From Auanema rhodensis (lineage: Eukaryota; Animalia; Nematoda), in contig OZ059898.1 in NCBI GenBank assembly GCA_964057225.1, positions 10,912,001 to 10,976,000 on the forward strand: a DNA stretch of 64,000 nt, written 5' to 3'. Below the pieces are notes generated by a model. It saw only the letters and a program-made list of their open reading frames with translations, was not told where the DNA came from and did no database searches. The position numbers were made by a program, and so were the translations under genes. Below, piece by piece: positions 1-15,400 of the stretch; position 1 is the stretch's first letter, and each line of letters starts with the position of its first letter.

Positions 1-3000
1 AATAAACATTCTAAACAACTTCGAATTTATAAATTTTTTCATATTTTTTAGAATTTGAAGAAGCAATGCTGAATAGATATCTAAGAAAAAAAGTTTTTTT
101 TTGTATAATTGTAAAGTAAAGTCAATATAGTTTACAGTAACTTGTCAAAAGAATATAAACTTTGAGAATGAAAAACATTAAAGAAAGTGTATAATAAAAA
201 TATAATTTTTGAGTTTCAAAAGAAAAAAAAATGAATTAAATGGAAAATAAAGAAAAAAAATATTTCTCATCATAAGTGAACCTTTTCGACATGCATACAT
301 GGACATGTTAGTCCGGCTTTTGATACGTTGAATACCTGTATATACATATGTATATCTGCATATATGTCTGCATATATGTATGGAAAAATGTGTAGAGCGT
401 AATACAAAGAAATATACGGATAATATTCGTCTTTCTATTTCTACTTCGTATTCTTGAGATATTTTATAAGAGAGATTCTGATGGAAAAATAAATTGCGTT
501 AACGCAAGTGCTAAAGTACATGGATGAACAAGCAAGTGATGCTGAAAAACGTTAGTGAGCCTCAGATACATTCCATGTATCTATGTGGATGTATATATAC
601 ACACGTATATGGGATAGAGTAGGGAGTATAGTTCTTGAACAGAGGAACCAAAGAAATAGAGAAAGAGATAAAGGGAAAAGAAGAGAAAAAGGAGAGATAA
701 ACTAGGAAAAACTAGACACGAGATTGAGAAGAGTCGTCTCCTACAGGAGTAGCAAAACGAATAAGAAGCGAAAAAGAAAAAGAAGATGACGAAAAGCCAG
801 CTTCATGGATGGAATAGTCAAAAAAGGGAATATGCGTACGTGGATGTATATATGTATAAGTGAGTGAGAAGGTTATTTCCTAATTGAAATCTTGAATCAA
901 ATCTGAATATTCGTATTCCAAACCTCATGATTATCAAAAAAAGAAGAGAAGTTATTGTTGTTGTTGAATATATACATATATACATATATGTTTAAGTTCT
1001 ATATTTGTATAATATATAACAAACAAAATATATCTATAATTTCTTTTTCTTTTCGTTGAAAGAAAAAAACAGCTACAGATGAAGAAAAATAAAAAAAATC
1101 TTACATTACACTAGCTTTAGAATTATCATGCGTTAGGTCAGAAATCAACTGTATCATTAAACTTTCAAAAAACCATCGAAGCTAGTATGAGGCTTGACTT
1201 TGTTGTCATTTTGAATTAGGATGTTCTGACTGAAATTTTTCAAACAACTTTCAATTGTTTAACGACACAATTCAATCATATATCTGAGCGTTTATATAAT
1301 AAGACGAGATCTATATAACTTCCTCATTATAAGATTTCAGTTGTAAGGAAAAGTTCAAATTGAACATATATTACTGATTGATGACGTCGAACACTTAGCA
1401 GGAACATACGAAATCATAAAGATGTCTGAAAACGCCTACTGAGCTGTCTTTGCAATATGCTGCTGTTGATGAGGAGGATGATGATGATGAAACCATAGAA
1501 TTTAGCCAATTTCATATATTTTGAACCATTAGAACGTAGATATGTATGGCTATATGAGTAAAAGTCATATCACACAATAAGAAAGGAATACATTCATGAA
1601 CGAGTTGACCCGCAAATAAGATGAGGAAGTTTTTATAGCGATCAGAAGACAGTTTTTATTTTCAATTTGAAGAAAATAAAGTAGGATAATTCAAAAAAGA
1701 ATGAACACTTGAGCGTTGTGCATTTAAAAAGTAAAATTAACTGAAAAAACCGTGGAAAGATGAAATTATGGTCCAATGATGAAATAACAAGAACGATTTC
1801 TTGTTGGTGGTCGGAGAACACATTAGAATTTCGTTTAAGCAACTTAGGTCAATCGAAGATGAGTCTCATGGGATTACAAGCTCAAACCTATAGCAAACAG
1901 ATGACGATTTTGAAGAGCACTAAAATGGAATGAAGATGATTACTACTTTATTTGTAGTTAAGGTTTGTGAATGAATTCTTCCTCTTACTTCTTTTCTCTC
2001 TCTCTCTCTCTTCATTTTCTTTTTATCTAAGCGAAAAGGAAGTAGAAAACAATGAAATGACAAGCACGGAAGAACAGATAAAATGGTGAGGAATGAACAA
2101 AGAAAACATGGTGTTTTAAGGGAAACGGTGATTGGATATCATGTGTTAGTTGTGTAGAAACATCTACTTTGTTTCAAGACAACGCAAACAAAATGCCAAA
2201 CTTTCCCAACTTTCGCATGGATCAATACGGTATTTGGTGGCCTACAAGATTTTGTTTCAGAACCAACAGCATAAGTTATATGTTTAAAAGATCTAAGTTT
2301 TCCTCCTCTGCTGCATAGAATGAATAAAATTCATTTAAGAGTGAGTTGAATAAACAGGGCATAAATAGTAAATCGGTTATGAAAAAGAGAAGAAAGAAGG
2401 TAAGCGTATAAGGGAAAAAGATAGTCAGCGCTGTTGAGATCCAATTTTTCGGATCTTTCCGCTTCTCATGTGTTACAAACATGGTAATGTGTGATTGCCT
2501 GTCGACGGAAACAAGAAAAAGAAAAAAATTTAACAAAATAAGGAGTCAGAGAGTCAGAGAGAAGAAAAATTGAGAGAGAACAAGGAAAGCTATAAAAAGA
2601 AGGAGGAGGGGTGGAGATGAAGTGAGGATAGAAGATAGAGACCATGACGGGAGCTGTGGTCTCGGTGGTCCACAGGGAATCCCTCACTCTCTCTCTTTTC
2701 TAGATTCTTTTTTGTGTGTTCTTCTTATTCTCTGATAAAGCCTGCGGCTATTCCGAGCTCTCATCCTCTCTTCCTATCTTTCTGTCTATTACAAGATTCA
2801 TCTCTTCTCCTATCTCATAGTCTTCTGCATTTTTTCTTCCTCTCACTTTCTTTCGAACTATCTTTTCATTTGCCGACATTGAGCTTAAAAAGGAGAAAAG
2901 TAGTAAACTAACGAGACAAACTGACATAAAGACAGCAATATTCTCAGACTTTTTCGATAAATAGAACGTTTGTATAAGAATTATGATGAAGAGAAGGCTG

Positions 3001-4375
3001 TGAAGAAGTGTGAACAACTACCTCTTCCAGATGAATCTAAGATCATGCTCATTCATTTCTTTTTGAAAAAAAAAAAGTTTCCCTTCTAGGTGAGCACACA
3101 TTTTCATCAATTGAAATATATCATTCTGTTCTATTGTCCAAGACATACTATTCGTTTTCAATGAAAGAAATTTAATTTTTTCAAGAAGAAACAATGGTTT
3201 TAACAAAATTTAGAAAACGATTTAGAATGAAATAAGTATCTTATTGTTGTTAAACAAAGTTCAAATGAAAAACTTTGAACTCGACGGTGACATGTTCAGA
3301 ATGAAGTATATTGTTTAATTCATCTAGATTTGAAACTTTTTGAAACAGTTGTGAAGACAAAAAAAATGTTGAATATGGATCTGAAAATATTTGAAAATCA
3401 TGAAGAAAAACAACCAATAGAATGGAAAGGGCAGGTAAGCAAAGTTATCTAGTTTGCTATCATTTCTGCCTATTCTTTCAGATTTTGTGATCTTATTTAA
3501 AAAATATATCTATCAAAAAACTATTTAAAAAATGAAAAATAGATTTCTGATTTTAAAATTTAAGAAAAAAAAAGTAAAATAGAGGAAGTTGAATTAAGAT
3601 TTTGTGTAGAAATTGCAGCAAATGGTGTAAATTAAAATGAAACATTTTAATTGGACGACTGTTCGATTCTTCTAATTTTTTTAGAACAAAACTTGCGAAT
3701 TACTTCCTACTTTATCCATTTCACTGGTCATTATAATTGAAATAATAGCTGCAGGGTTGCAGCAACTGTATCAAAAGATTATTTAGTTTAAATATTTAAA
3801 AGTTTAATCAAATTAACAAAAAAAAATAAACGAAAAATTTGTTAAATGAAATAATTTCAAATGAACACGTCTTTTTTCAATTTCAATATATTTGAAACAT
3901 ATACATTTCATAGCTTGATTGCCAGAAGATTTAGTTGACACAATGAGATATCTATTATCCATTACATTACCCAAATAACACAAAGACATATTAGAATAAA
4001 TAAATAAGAAAGAATAATTTCTTCTTATTCAAATTTTTAATTTTTTCTTCATTTATTTCTTTTTTTTGTATATAAATTTATTTATTTTAATAACTTATTT
4101 TATATTTTCATCATTTATTAATTTACATTTATTGTTTAAATATGTTTTTTTTTCAAATATTTTTTTATCATAGTTTGTATGAATTTTAAATATATATCTC
4201 ATAAAAATAGTTCAATTGTACTTATCTCATACTTACAGATCATGTAGCGTCATTTGCCATGATTTATCTAACTAATGAAAATTCATCCTAATAGTTTTTC
4301 ATGCTAGATACTCACAATAAAAAAATAACACAAATTGTTGTAACATTTGTTTTAAAATACTGAAAATAAACTAAC

Positions 4376-4534
4376 CTTATCAATTTTTCCAGGCTGCCCA
4401 TAGCTTGTGGATTTTCTAATAATTCTCGTATAGTTTCCTGATCGAAATTATCGTGAAAATATCCAGTTGATGCTAAATCTACCACGTCTGAATTACTTAG
4501 TGACGATCCTGATGAAGAACTGTCCTCTTCGTCA
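4376..4534 (-). other. Possible isolated coding exon (DEEDSSSSGSSLSNSDVVDLASTGYFHDNFDQETIRELLENPQAMGSLEKLI), gene unknown
   Basis: Open, protein-like frame bounded by a TTTTTAG acceptor (4535-4541) and a GTTAGT donor (4375). No family recognised and neighbouring exons could not be linked in frame. Confidence 0.3.
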
Positions 4535-6034
4535 CTAAAAAATATCAAATCAAAAAATATCACGAAAATAATAAAAATAAATATAACAATCATGGTTAAT
4601 TATATAAAATATTATTTATAAGATATTTAGCAAATAAAAAACATTTTCTAGAAGAACAAGTTCAGCAGAATGAAACTAATATGCAACCTATGAGTGATAA
4701 AAATCATGATAAAATGATATTTTTGAGTTTTTTTTCTTTGCGTGCATTATGATGCACATTTTTCACGTAGACATAAACCAATTACACTCAATCAATTTAA
4801 TTAATTTCACGAGTTTAACTCTAAACTCTTCCGAACTTTCAGAAAAAAAAAGAAAGTCTCTCGGGATGTCATTTACCGTATACGAAATAGTTCAAGGAAA
4901 ATTGTTGAAGAACCTTAATTTACCAGAAAGTGAAAAACGTAATTTTAGAATGAGATACTTAAATAGATTTGAAAAGTAAACTTTTGTTCAGAAATTTGTA
5001 AGAAAAAAATAAAATAAAAGGGTAAAGCAATACATTTATAAAATTATATTATTATAATCTTTTTTCAAAATAAGTAGTTTAGAATATATAATTGAAAATG
5101 AAATATATATTATAAAGATATAGTTATTTTAAAAAAAAAAGATCAGAAAGAATGAGATAACTTGAATTGGAGAGATGACATGAGCTAGAATGATTGAAAG
5201 AAAAGAAAAGACAAAGTGAATGAAAAGGAAAGAGATGAAATTATCAAAACGATTGGTATATTGTTGATTGTCTAGAGTTCATGCAATATATCTTAAGCAT
5301 CTAAAATCAATTTTATCTTCAAAACTGAATGAGCTGTCAGATGACAACAAATTACAAAGTGAATGATTCAAATTATAAAGAAATAGCTCATTCAGCCTAA
5401 GGCTACGGAGGTAAGTAGACTTAAGCGATGTGACAAAAAGATTTTGAAGACGAAAAAATATGTTTTATGTTTAGAAAAAGTAATAAATTTAAAGATATAT
5501 TAGAAATAGATAAGATACTAGAGCTATGAAATAAGGAGAGGTAGTTTAATATGAGAATAGTTTAAAGGAAATTTGGTTAAGTAGCTTAATAACAAATTAA
5601 TTTATGATGTTTTGAAAAAAAGTAATAACTCGTAATCAATTTAAATTTTTTAAAAAATGCATTGCATAGTCAACTATATGAAATAAGCCCACTAAGTGTT
5701 AAAAGGAAAAAATAGCTAGTCGATTCTATAGATGAACACATGAATATAAACACAAAAATTAATAAAATGCATATACAATCAATAAACATATTTTGATTAT
5801 ATTATTATAATTAAAAAGAATAAATGATATAATTTAAAAATAAATGAATAAGAGATGTGTGAATGTTACATTAATTTATCAAAGAGATATTATGAGAAAA
5901 CAAAGAAAGATTAATGTAATTGGTATATCTTTATAATTAATTTGATAATGATTTTATTTGAAAATGAAGTAGATACAGATAAATTTAAAAAATAAATGAA
6001 ACAATGTGTAAAAGATTAGCAGAGAAAAATACAA

Positions 6035-6040
6035 AGAGAA

Positions 6041-6104
<64 letters not shown>
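6035..6104. repeat. (GA)n microsatellite
   Basis: Long near-perfect AG dinucleotide run. Similar GA/TC tracts at ~6290-6400, 13495-13635, 15475-15540 and 39375-39430. Confidence 0.9.
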
Positions 6105-6109
<5 letters not shown>

Positions 6110-6366
6110 AGTCATCCTTCTTCTATAGGTTGTTTGTGGAAGTGAAATAAGTCATCAGGCCAAATAAACAGCATATGCATGTATGTTGTTAGTTAAAGAA
6201 CTGAATGAAATAAGTTGAGATATAAAAAAATGAGAACAACATTTCTAATGAAGTGATATATAAATACGAGCTTACAGTGAAAAAAAAGAGAGAGAGAGAG
6301 ATAAGAGAGAGAGGAAAGAGAGATTGTGTGTGTGAAAAAGAGCAAAAAATAAATGTAAGAGAAGAC

Positions 6367-6405
<39 letters not shown>

Positions 6406-9400
6406 AAGAAAGAAAGAGAGGGAGATAAAGATTAAAAATAAGAAAAAAGGCAAGAGTGTATATGGGAAACAAAAAATAAAATAAAAACAGTGATATGAAT
6501 CTAAAAATTTCTTGAATTTTTACGAAGAATACTCGATGGGAATGATGAAAGACAAAGCGTTTTATAAATGTAAGTTGGTAACTGCATATGAGGTTAAGAG
6601 GCTTTTACTTATAGAAATAGAATAGGAGAAATAGCAAGTCACCACAAAGAGCTTAACGACGGGTAACAGATGCATCGGAAGTGCATGATGGTATAGTCTA
6701 ATGGATGAATAAGGTTGCAGCAAAGTATCTTAACCTTCTTTACCTTTTAAGCTTTAATCTCAATCTGCATCTCTCTCTCTTTTCTCTTTCTTGCTTTCTT
6801 CTCTCTTTCTTTTTCTCTAAATCATCTTTTTGCTCTTCACATAAGAAACTTTTCTTTATTTTCTATTTCTTTTAATTTTACTATTTCCCTCGCATTAAAA
6901 GTTTTCTTTCAGAATTTTTTTGTCAAATATACATATATATCTCTCTATAGTTGAACATAATTATTATGTTTTCTCTTTCTTTCTATCATAAAATTTTTTT
7001 CGGTTCACCATATTAATCTCATATTTATGTTTTAGCAACCAAGGAAGTGACATTATGTCACCATCTTCATCATTGTCATCTAGAACATCTCAGACTATGA
7101 AAAGCTTCATTATCAGTAACTACAAACTTGTTCTCAAAAGCATTTTTGCTTCCTCTTAATAATTTAATATCAATAAAATTTGAAAATTTTTTCAAACAAA
7201 TTATATTGCTTAATATTATAATTAAAAAATATTCATAGCAAATTAAATACGATTATAAATGCTATTACAAAATATAAACTTTAAAGCTAAATTGAGAAAA
7301 AAATTACGAAAGAAACAATTTCCATTATAGAAATCTCTGTTCTAAAAAAAGGCAGAGGATAAAAGTGGAAAATGACATAAGAAAAGCTGCAAGGTTTTCG
7401 CCTGATTGCTCATAACCTTACCAAAATAAAACGGAACGATTGTCAGTCATCGAATATTTTCAGAAACTAGCCAGTAGCGTGTTCATTTATTCAACAAAAA
7501 AATGAAAAAAAAATGTGAAATTATTTCTTTGAAGAAAAAAATTAGAAGAGAAAATCAGAAACTATAAAATATCGGTCAGAGAGATTGGGAATACTAGCTT
7601 CTCATCTGCTGCTACTGCTACTGACTACTTCTACGTTTCCAGCTTACGAAGAAAAAGAAATGACTATTGTGATTCTCAAAATAAGAAAAAAAAACCATTC
7701 AGATACCTTTAACTTTTTCAAGAAAAGAATAAACTAAATAAAGAGCAGAATACACGGATCAACAAGCTGGACGTCGGGCAGCTCTTCACAGCCAAATTTT
7801 ATTTTATTTTTCCTGTCATTGCCAACTCGACAGCTTTGCCAGCCTTGCACCTCACCAGCTTAACTTGTGATCTTTTTTCCTCTCACTTTCTCCTTTTCGT
7901 TTCGATAACTCTAACTCTCACTTCTGCGCTCTTTACTGGTTGAAAGAAGTAGAAGTTTATTTATCCTGTTTTCAAACCGATACTGGTCTAGTGACTTTGC
8001 ATATACATAGAAGGAAGAGAGAGAAGAGAGCAAAACTTGGTTTTATGAGCATAGTTAGAAAGAGAAGGGTTGAGGCAAAATTGAGAGAGAGGAAAAGAGA
8101 GCGAATACGAGAAAGAAAGAACACTAACTTATAACGAAAAAGGGATATTGCTTAATGTACTCACGTTATGTGGAAGTCAAATGACTACTATCATGATCTT
8201 TATATGAAGCTCTTTGCTTCCATTTCAAGTTGACAGGTAAATTAAAAATAAAACTTGACAGATGACGCTAAACAAGAAAGAAAATTGTCAAATAAACGTT
8301 TGAATGAAGCAGAGCCAAATAAGCACGAATTGTAGTCGCCGGACGATCATGGAAGATTACATTGAAAAGTAAAATTTCACAAACCAATGGATCTTTACCC
8401 TTCTCACCAAATTTCTTTTCATTTTCTCTCTTTCTCTTTCTCTCTCTTTCTTCTCTCCTAGTGAACGATTTCAGAAACTGTTAGATACGTTGAGAAATAG
8501 CAAAATTAGAATATGTAGAAATGATAAAGCAAGTGATTGCAACACGAGTCTGTTTTATTTTTATTTTTTTCTTATTTCGTTGAGGTAAAATAGAAGATTG
8601 ATGAAGATTAACAACTTAGATTATATCAGCATTTGTTTAACATTGATAGAAACAAATGTGTGAAAAGATAGACAATATGAACAGAGCGGGTGGCTGAGCA
8701 AGTGTGGCGAAGATGAATGAGTCAAATGTTTCGAAAACTCAAATCATTCTATCGAAAAGAAGGTAAAACCAATTGAACACAAGACAAAAACTTCAGAAAA
8801 CTATTGAAAAAAATATAATTATGCTGATGTTAAAGTGGATTAAATTCATATTAACTTCAAGAATAATAAAAATAAAAAAAGATTATTCAGTATAAAGTAC
8901 TACTAAAAGAAAAGACATCAAATTAATTTCAAATGAAATGGAAGACGAACAAGAGAAACATATTGAATATGAATGATGGTACATAGAGATCTTATGTGAG
9001 AATTATGATATATGAAGGTAAAACAAGGATTTCTGTGTTATATTAGTTTATAAAAAGAATTTTTTATAAAACATCTGGAGATAATATGAACAATTAAACG
9101 AAGCTTATAACGTTCGATTCGTCCAGATGAAGAGAGAAAGAGGAAGGGAGGGAGAGAGAAAAAACTCAGAAAAAGATTGATTTGACATCGAATGCGGTTG
9201 AGGTCTGGGAGAAATTTAGTGGAGGATGATGATGATGTAAATGATGATGATAAAGCAAAAATGATTTAAGCACTAACTAACCACATTATAAAGAGATTTA
9301 TAAGGAGAAGCATTAAAGTTCAAAAAAAAGGAAATTCTTCAATTATAACACACGTTGACAGCAAAGTCTATATGGTTAAGCTAATTCATATATTCCTTCT

Positions 9401-12400
9401 CTTTCCTGATTTTTAGCTCTCACAAACATATATTCGAAAAACAGGAAAAGGCTAATAGTGAATAAATTTTTTTTTTGGTGGCACGAGCCTAGAGAACTAA
9501 AAATTACCTAAATATGAACAAAGAACTTCATCACTTAGAAAGAAAAAGAGTATTAAGGAAGAGAAAAGGAAATGATGATTGTTGACAAAAAGTAAAAATT
9601 GAGGAAGAATGAAATGAAGAAAAATAAAGAGAAAAAGAAAAAATTGAAGTTTTTATATTTTTTAATCAAACATATTTTAGTTAATCGATAATTTGTTTTG
9701 TATTGTTCGAAGGAACAAAAATGAATACAGTATTTGAAGATTTCGAAAAAAAGATTTTATGTCAAAGAGAAAAAAGATTTAAAAAAAAAAATTTCTGATT
9801 GAATTGAACATTGGAGAGTAGTGCAGATGATGCCGTCATGTTCGATGAAAATTTTCAAATATGTTAGATGAAGAATTCAATTTTTGAAATATTGAAAAAG
9901 ATTTGACACGATTATCTGTTCAGTTTTAATATTTTTTTGCAAAGACAAAGACAAGGAGAAAACTTCCAAAAATTTCGGTGCAATTTACGCAGAGTTTTAA
10001 GCTCGGAGATTCAATAAAATATATAATTTAATTCACGCTTGAAGAAGAAAAAACGAGATAAAGAACATTGTTTTAGTGTTTCATTCAAAGTAAAAAGCTT
10101 GAGGAAAAAGCTCGTGATGGAAAGTCCCAAATGATTTCGTGAAGAGCATTGTATATGAAACATTGGGTTTTGAAAAAAAAGAAAAAAAATGAACTTGGAC
10201 TCAGTAGGTTGTTTGAGAGTTGTTGTATGTATCACAGACAAAAACTAAAGAAAATAATGGTGATAAAGAGGAAAGAATTAAAGGGGAAGAAAGAAGGAAA
10301 GTAGAAATGAAAAGGAAGGAAGTTATAATATAATAATATAGAAGAAATATATATATATATATATATATATTCGTTACCTAAGGTCAAAATTTTGAAATTT
10401 CGAAAAAAAACATCTAGAAAAGTGATATAAGAAAGGGGATATCACTGAAAATGAAGATGAGAAGGTTGTTACCTTCAGCCACAAGAGAACACCTAGTCCT
10501 TGTTCTTTTCTTGAAGAAGAAGAATATATCATAACTTAGATAATAGTAGATTGAGATGAACATGAAAGGTGACGCATAGCTGATGATTTCAAATGAAACA
10601 GATGTATATCAATAGGAATTTATGAATGATGCAGTTGTTCTCATAAAGATTTAGAAATTAATTTTCAAATTAAATTTTCATATTGATCGAAAACAGATAT
10701 AAGCAAAGCATTGTAGTTTGAAGAAACCGAATATAGACAGAACATAAAGTGACTGAAACAGATGTTGTATCAAGAAATGAGATCTTACAAATAGGAGAAT
10801 TCACGTTAAGCTATCTGTGGTTCAGAAGGCTGACATGCAAAAATCTGTAACCGGAGAAGACCAAGTGCTAGAAAGGGACCAGCTCTCATATAAATAGTAG
10901 AGAAATATAGAGAAAGAGTGAAACAGATAAAGAGAGAGAGGGAGGATGAGAGAAAAAAACTGGATGAAAGAGCAAGAGGATAGAAATAATGTCTGAACAA
11001 GGTTGCTTGAGAGAATGAATTCAAAAGTGAAAGAGAAAATGAGAGGAAAAAATGTAAAAGAGAAGCCTCTCTTTTTCATTTGCCCTCTATCTTTTCTCAT
11101 TTTTTCCTATCTTCTAACACAAAATATACACAGCAAGACCTATATATAACTTTGCTTTTAACTAGCCTCCGTTTTCTTCATATTCTACATTCACACCGAA
11201 CTTGTGATAAAACTTATAATCTTTCTTGCATAATTTTCATTTACTTGTTCATATTCTTGTTCAGTTTTATGTGAATAATGCTGTTTGTACTGCTTCATCA
11301 TTCAAATTAATGCTCCGAATTGTCTTAGCTACTGTTGTCAAGTCAAACGTCGATTGAGAACTATATATGCATGTCTTGTATGATATGTAGAAATAGACAC
11401 ATTAGCAGAATAGTCGTAAGGAAATTAGAGATTTCTATTGCCCGATTTCACAATTCAAGAATACATGCTCAAGATCAAGCTTCAATTGTCGGAAGGAATC
11501 AGAAAATACGACGACTTCAGGAAACTGTTCAGTTTTTTTATCCAATATGAGCATATAGCATCACTTTTTTCAGAAAAATTTCATTTTCTCTAAATCTTCC
11601 ATTGTTTTTCTATTAATCGCTGAAGTAAATGTTTTTAAAATATATTTTATATTGTTTATATGAATGTACAACCATTTTTTTCAAAGGGTATGATATGATT
11701 GAAAACTATTAAATTGGTTTGGAAATATATAAATAAAATTATAAAAATAAATTTGATTACTTATAGTATATACTATAATGATTAATATAAAATATTATAT
11801 ATTATATGATATATTTAACCTTAAAATATAACATATGTTTATATAGTAAAACAACATACATGCATATACATATATAGATGTTCTCAAAACTATAAAATAT
11901 TTGGAAGAAAACATTAGAAGATTCAAATCAAAATATAAAAAAGAAATTACAAACATGTATAGTATGTACATGAATGTAATAGGTATGTAGATAGATATGT
12001 TTGATATTTAAACATAATTATCAATATTTTGATTTTAATATCAATAATGAATTAGATCCTACAACCATTTATCTCTTTTTCATCTATATTCTCTCATTTT
12101 TCTTATAAATTGTTCAGAAAACAATTGTTGATTATTGCTCAAACAAAATAAAATTAATTTTACTAACTATGAAGAGTCTAATGGTGTCAACTTATACAAT
12201 GAGAGTAAACACGGCCCACACACATAGACCTTTTCGATTTTATTTCAAAATTTTCGCTCAATATTTCCAATATTATCAATAATGTTGATAATGAATTTTC
12301 TATAATTCAATAATATTGATGATGAAAATTAGTTTTGAGTTTAAGAATATTATGTATGTGTATATACATATATCTATCTATATATATATATATAACTCAT

Positions 12401-15400
12401 TTCAATATGGAAGACAAGTATTATAAATGCGAAACACACGTGTAGCTTATTGTCTTGTTTCTCGTTCAATGAAAATGAATAGGAGCAAACGAAAAAGTAG
12501 ATTTTTCCTTCTAACATTCGAATAAAATAAGCCAAGTTTTTCCAAGCTGTTGTTCATAAAAGGAAGTTATGAAGGAATAAAAGATGGACAAAAGAAAAAA
12601 TAATGTTGAATAATAAGAGAGCAAATGAAAAAGAGAGAGTGAGAGAGAAAAAGGGTGCGGAGTAGATAGAGAAAAGAAACTGAAACATAGGGAAGAGAAT
12701 TAGTAAATGAACTAAAGAAGAGAAAGAGGGAGAAAGAGGAATGTTAGAAGAGAAAAAGAAATAACGAAGGGAGGTAAATTAAAGAGAAGAAATGAACGAA
12801 GAAAGCCTTGTGGACCTCACATGATGTCATTATCCGTCCACTTTTCACTCTCCATTCTATTGTGGACGAATCTGTCGCCTATGCTTGGTATTGCCTCTAT
12901 TCCAAATAGGATTTCTAATCAAGTACCTAGTTTAAGGCGATGGGTTTCATGGACAATAACGATCAACTACGAGAGAATTCGAAGTTTGAGCAACATTATT
13001 GAATTATTATAATTTTGGTTGACACTCTTAGCTATTTCGGAAATCTGGAACAACAGAGAATGGAATGGATGATACTATCAAGAAAATAAAAATACAGACT
13101 GAAGAATTGAAAGAATATCAAAAATAGAGAGAAGATGTTGGTTTGGTCATTGTCGTTTAAAAAAAAACATGAATGAATAAAAACTTTTATAACATTATTC
13201 AGATGAGACTTTTTTCATAACCAGTTTCTATAATATTATAACTTTTTTGACCATTTTCAGAAATCAGTTAGCTTGTCGGGGTTTTCTTTGGGTAAAATAA
13301 GGTTTGATTCAAGTGGGAAAGAGACGCTTTGCTCGGAAACGGAAATTCGACTCTAATGAGACAAGAAAACAACAGATTCGAAAATGTCATCGCTGAAGTA
13401 ACGATGAAATCTTCAAAAGGTCTTCCCCGCTTCTGGGCTAAACTTGCTGGAATACGTATATGCAGACACTGTGATGACTTTATACGAAGAGCAAGAGAGA
13501 GGAGAGAAAGAGAGAGAGAAAAAAGAGAGTAAGAGAAAGAGAGAAAGAGATAGAAAAAGAGAGAAAAAAGAAAAGAGAGATAAAGGGATACAAACAGAAA
13601 GAGAGAGATAAAGAAAGAGAGAAAAGAGAAAGAGATAAAGAACCGTTTTGGCGACCCAGGCAAGTTGCACAGATTTATTTATTTTTTCGAAAATTATCCT
13701 GAAAAGATTTAAATTTTATTGGCTATTTTCTGGCATCTTTTTTCAAATCATTTTTGCGAGAATTAAACCATCGTGAAGTCGTAGTACAACAGATGGGACA
13801 TAAGGTGTTATTTATACTCAAAAGCATACTGAATAAAAAATTTAGATTTAAATAAAAAAACCGTGTAGAAATATTAGAAAAAAAGTGAAAAGAAAAAAGA
13901 TGTTGACGGCTTTAAGAGTTTCGTTCAAGGTGTGGTAATATGAGATTCAGAAATTACAACAACAAACCACAAGCTTGAAAATATAAGTGAACAATTTAAA
14001 GATAATCGTTAATGTAGTACATGTCACATGTGAATGAGTGTGAACATGATGAAAAAATATTTCTTTAATAAGATTAATACACAAAAATGATCAAATAAAA
14101 AGTATGAAGAAGAGTAAAATATGAATAGAAAAAGTTTTTTTAATCTTTTTTTTTTTCTGGTTAGTGAAATAGAATATAACATAAGTTTTAAGATTAATAA
14201 TCAATACAAATAAAATTCATTTCTTAATGAAAAAAACATGAAAGATATCTCTATATGCTGAGAAAATAAAAAAAAATAAAAAAGAAGATCTAACAAAGAC
14301 AATAAAAACGAAGTGTAAGTTTCATAGAAGCTTTATTAATTAATATTATAACTCGGTTGGATATTGGAAAAATAGTTATATGAAAGAAATACTAAGATAA
14401 TTACATTAGATCAAATTCTAGAAAAAAATTTCAAAAATCTTCTACATTTTCTTAGTTAACTGAAGCATTTTAAATATTTTTTTTTCCAGAAGAACAACGC
14501 TGATGATAAAATAAATGAAAACACTTTTTTTGGTTTGTTAAATGATAGAAACAACTTTCAGCTTGTAGTAGAAAAGCTGAATTTTATACTCTTGCAATCG
14601 AACACACACATACACACAGATACACATACACAGATGACATGAGAAGAAGCATAGAAGTCTGTCATTAAGTATGGATTTGATTCCAAAATTCTCCCGAAAG
14701 CAGCAAAGAGAGTGCGGAAGAATTTGGCTAACTTATAGATGACATAAGAGAGAGAGGGGATGACTAACGACAGAAAGCCAGAGAGAGAAGAAGTTGAATA
14801 AGAGAAAAATGTATCAAATATAAAAACTTTTTTTAGACTTGATGAACGCAGTTCAGTAGTACATAACAACATGTCGAAATAAGCATACTATGATGGTGAC
14901 GGTGTTGAAGTTTTAAGATAACAATAAGCTTGCTTATGTTTCAAGCTAACAGCATATCAGAGATCAAGTCGAAAAAAGAAAGAAGATGAAACAGAGGAAA
15001 AGTCTGTCTGATTGATGATTCTTTTAGTTCCTATCCTGGTAAACTTTTCGCTTATGCAAGCTGTTGCCAAGAACATCTAGAAATAGCTTCAAAACTGATG
15101 CAAATACTTAATGCCCAATTCAAATAGATTCAAAAAAATTATTTTTTATTTCTTTTTTCTTTTTTCATCAAAACTTTTGTAAATTTTTCAAATTTTATGC
15201 TCAACAAATTATTCTCTATACATCTTATATATATCTAAAGAATAGAAAAATGAGAAAAAGCTTACTACTTGTTCCATTAGAATAGTGTATAAGGAACAAG
15301 ACTGGTAAGATTCCTATGCTTTTGTTCTCAGGTCATTCCACCTCTCAAGGGACTTTCTTTGGTTAAAGAGTGAGAGGATAAGAAGGACAAACGTATGAAC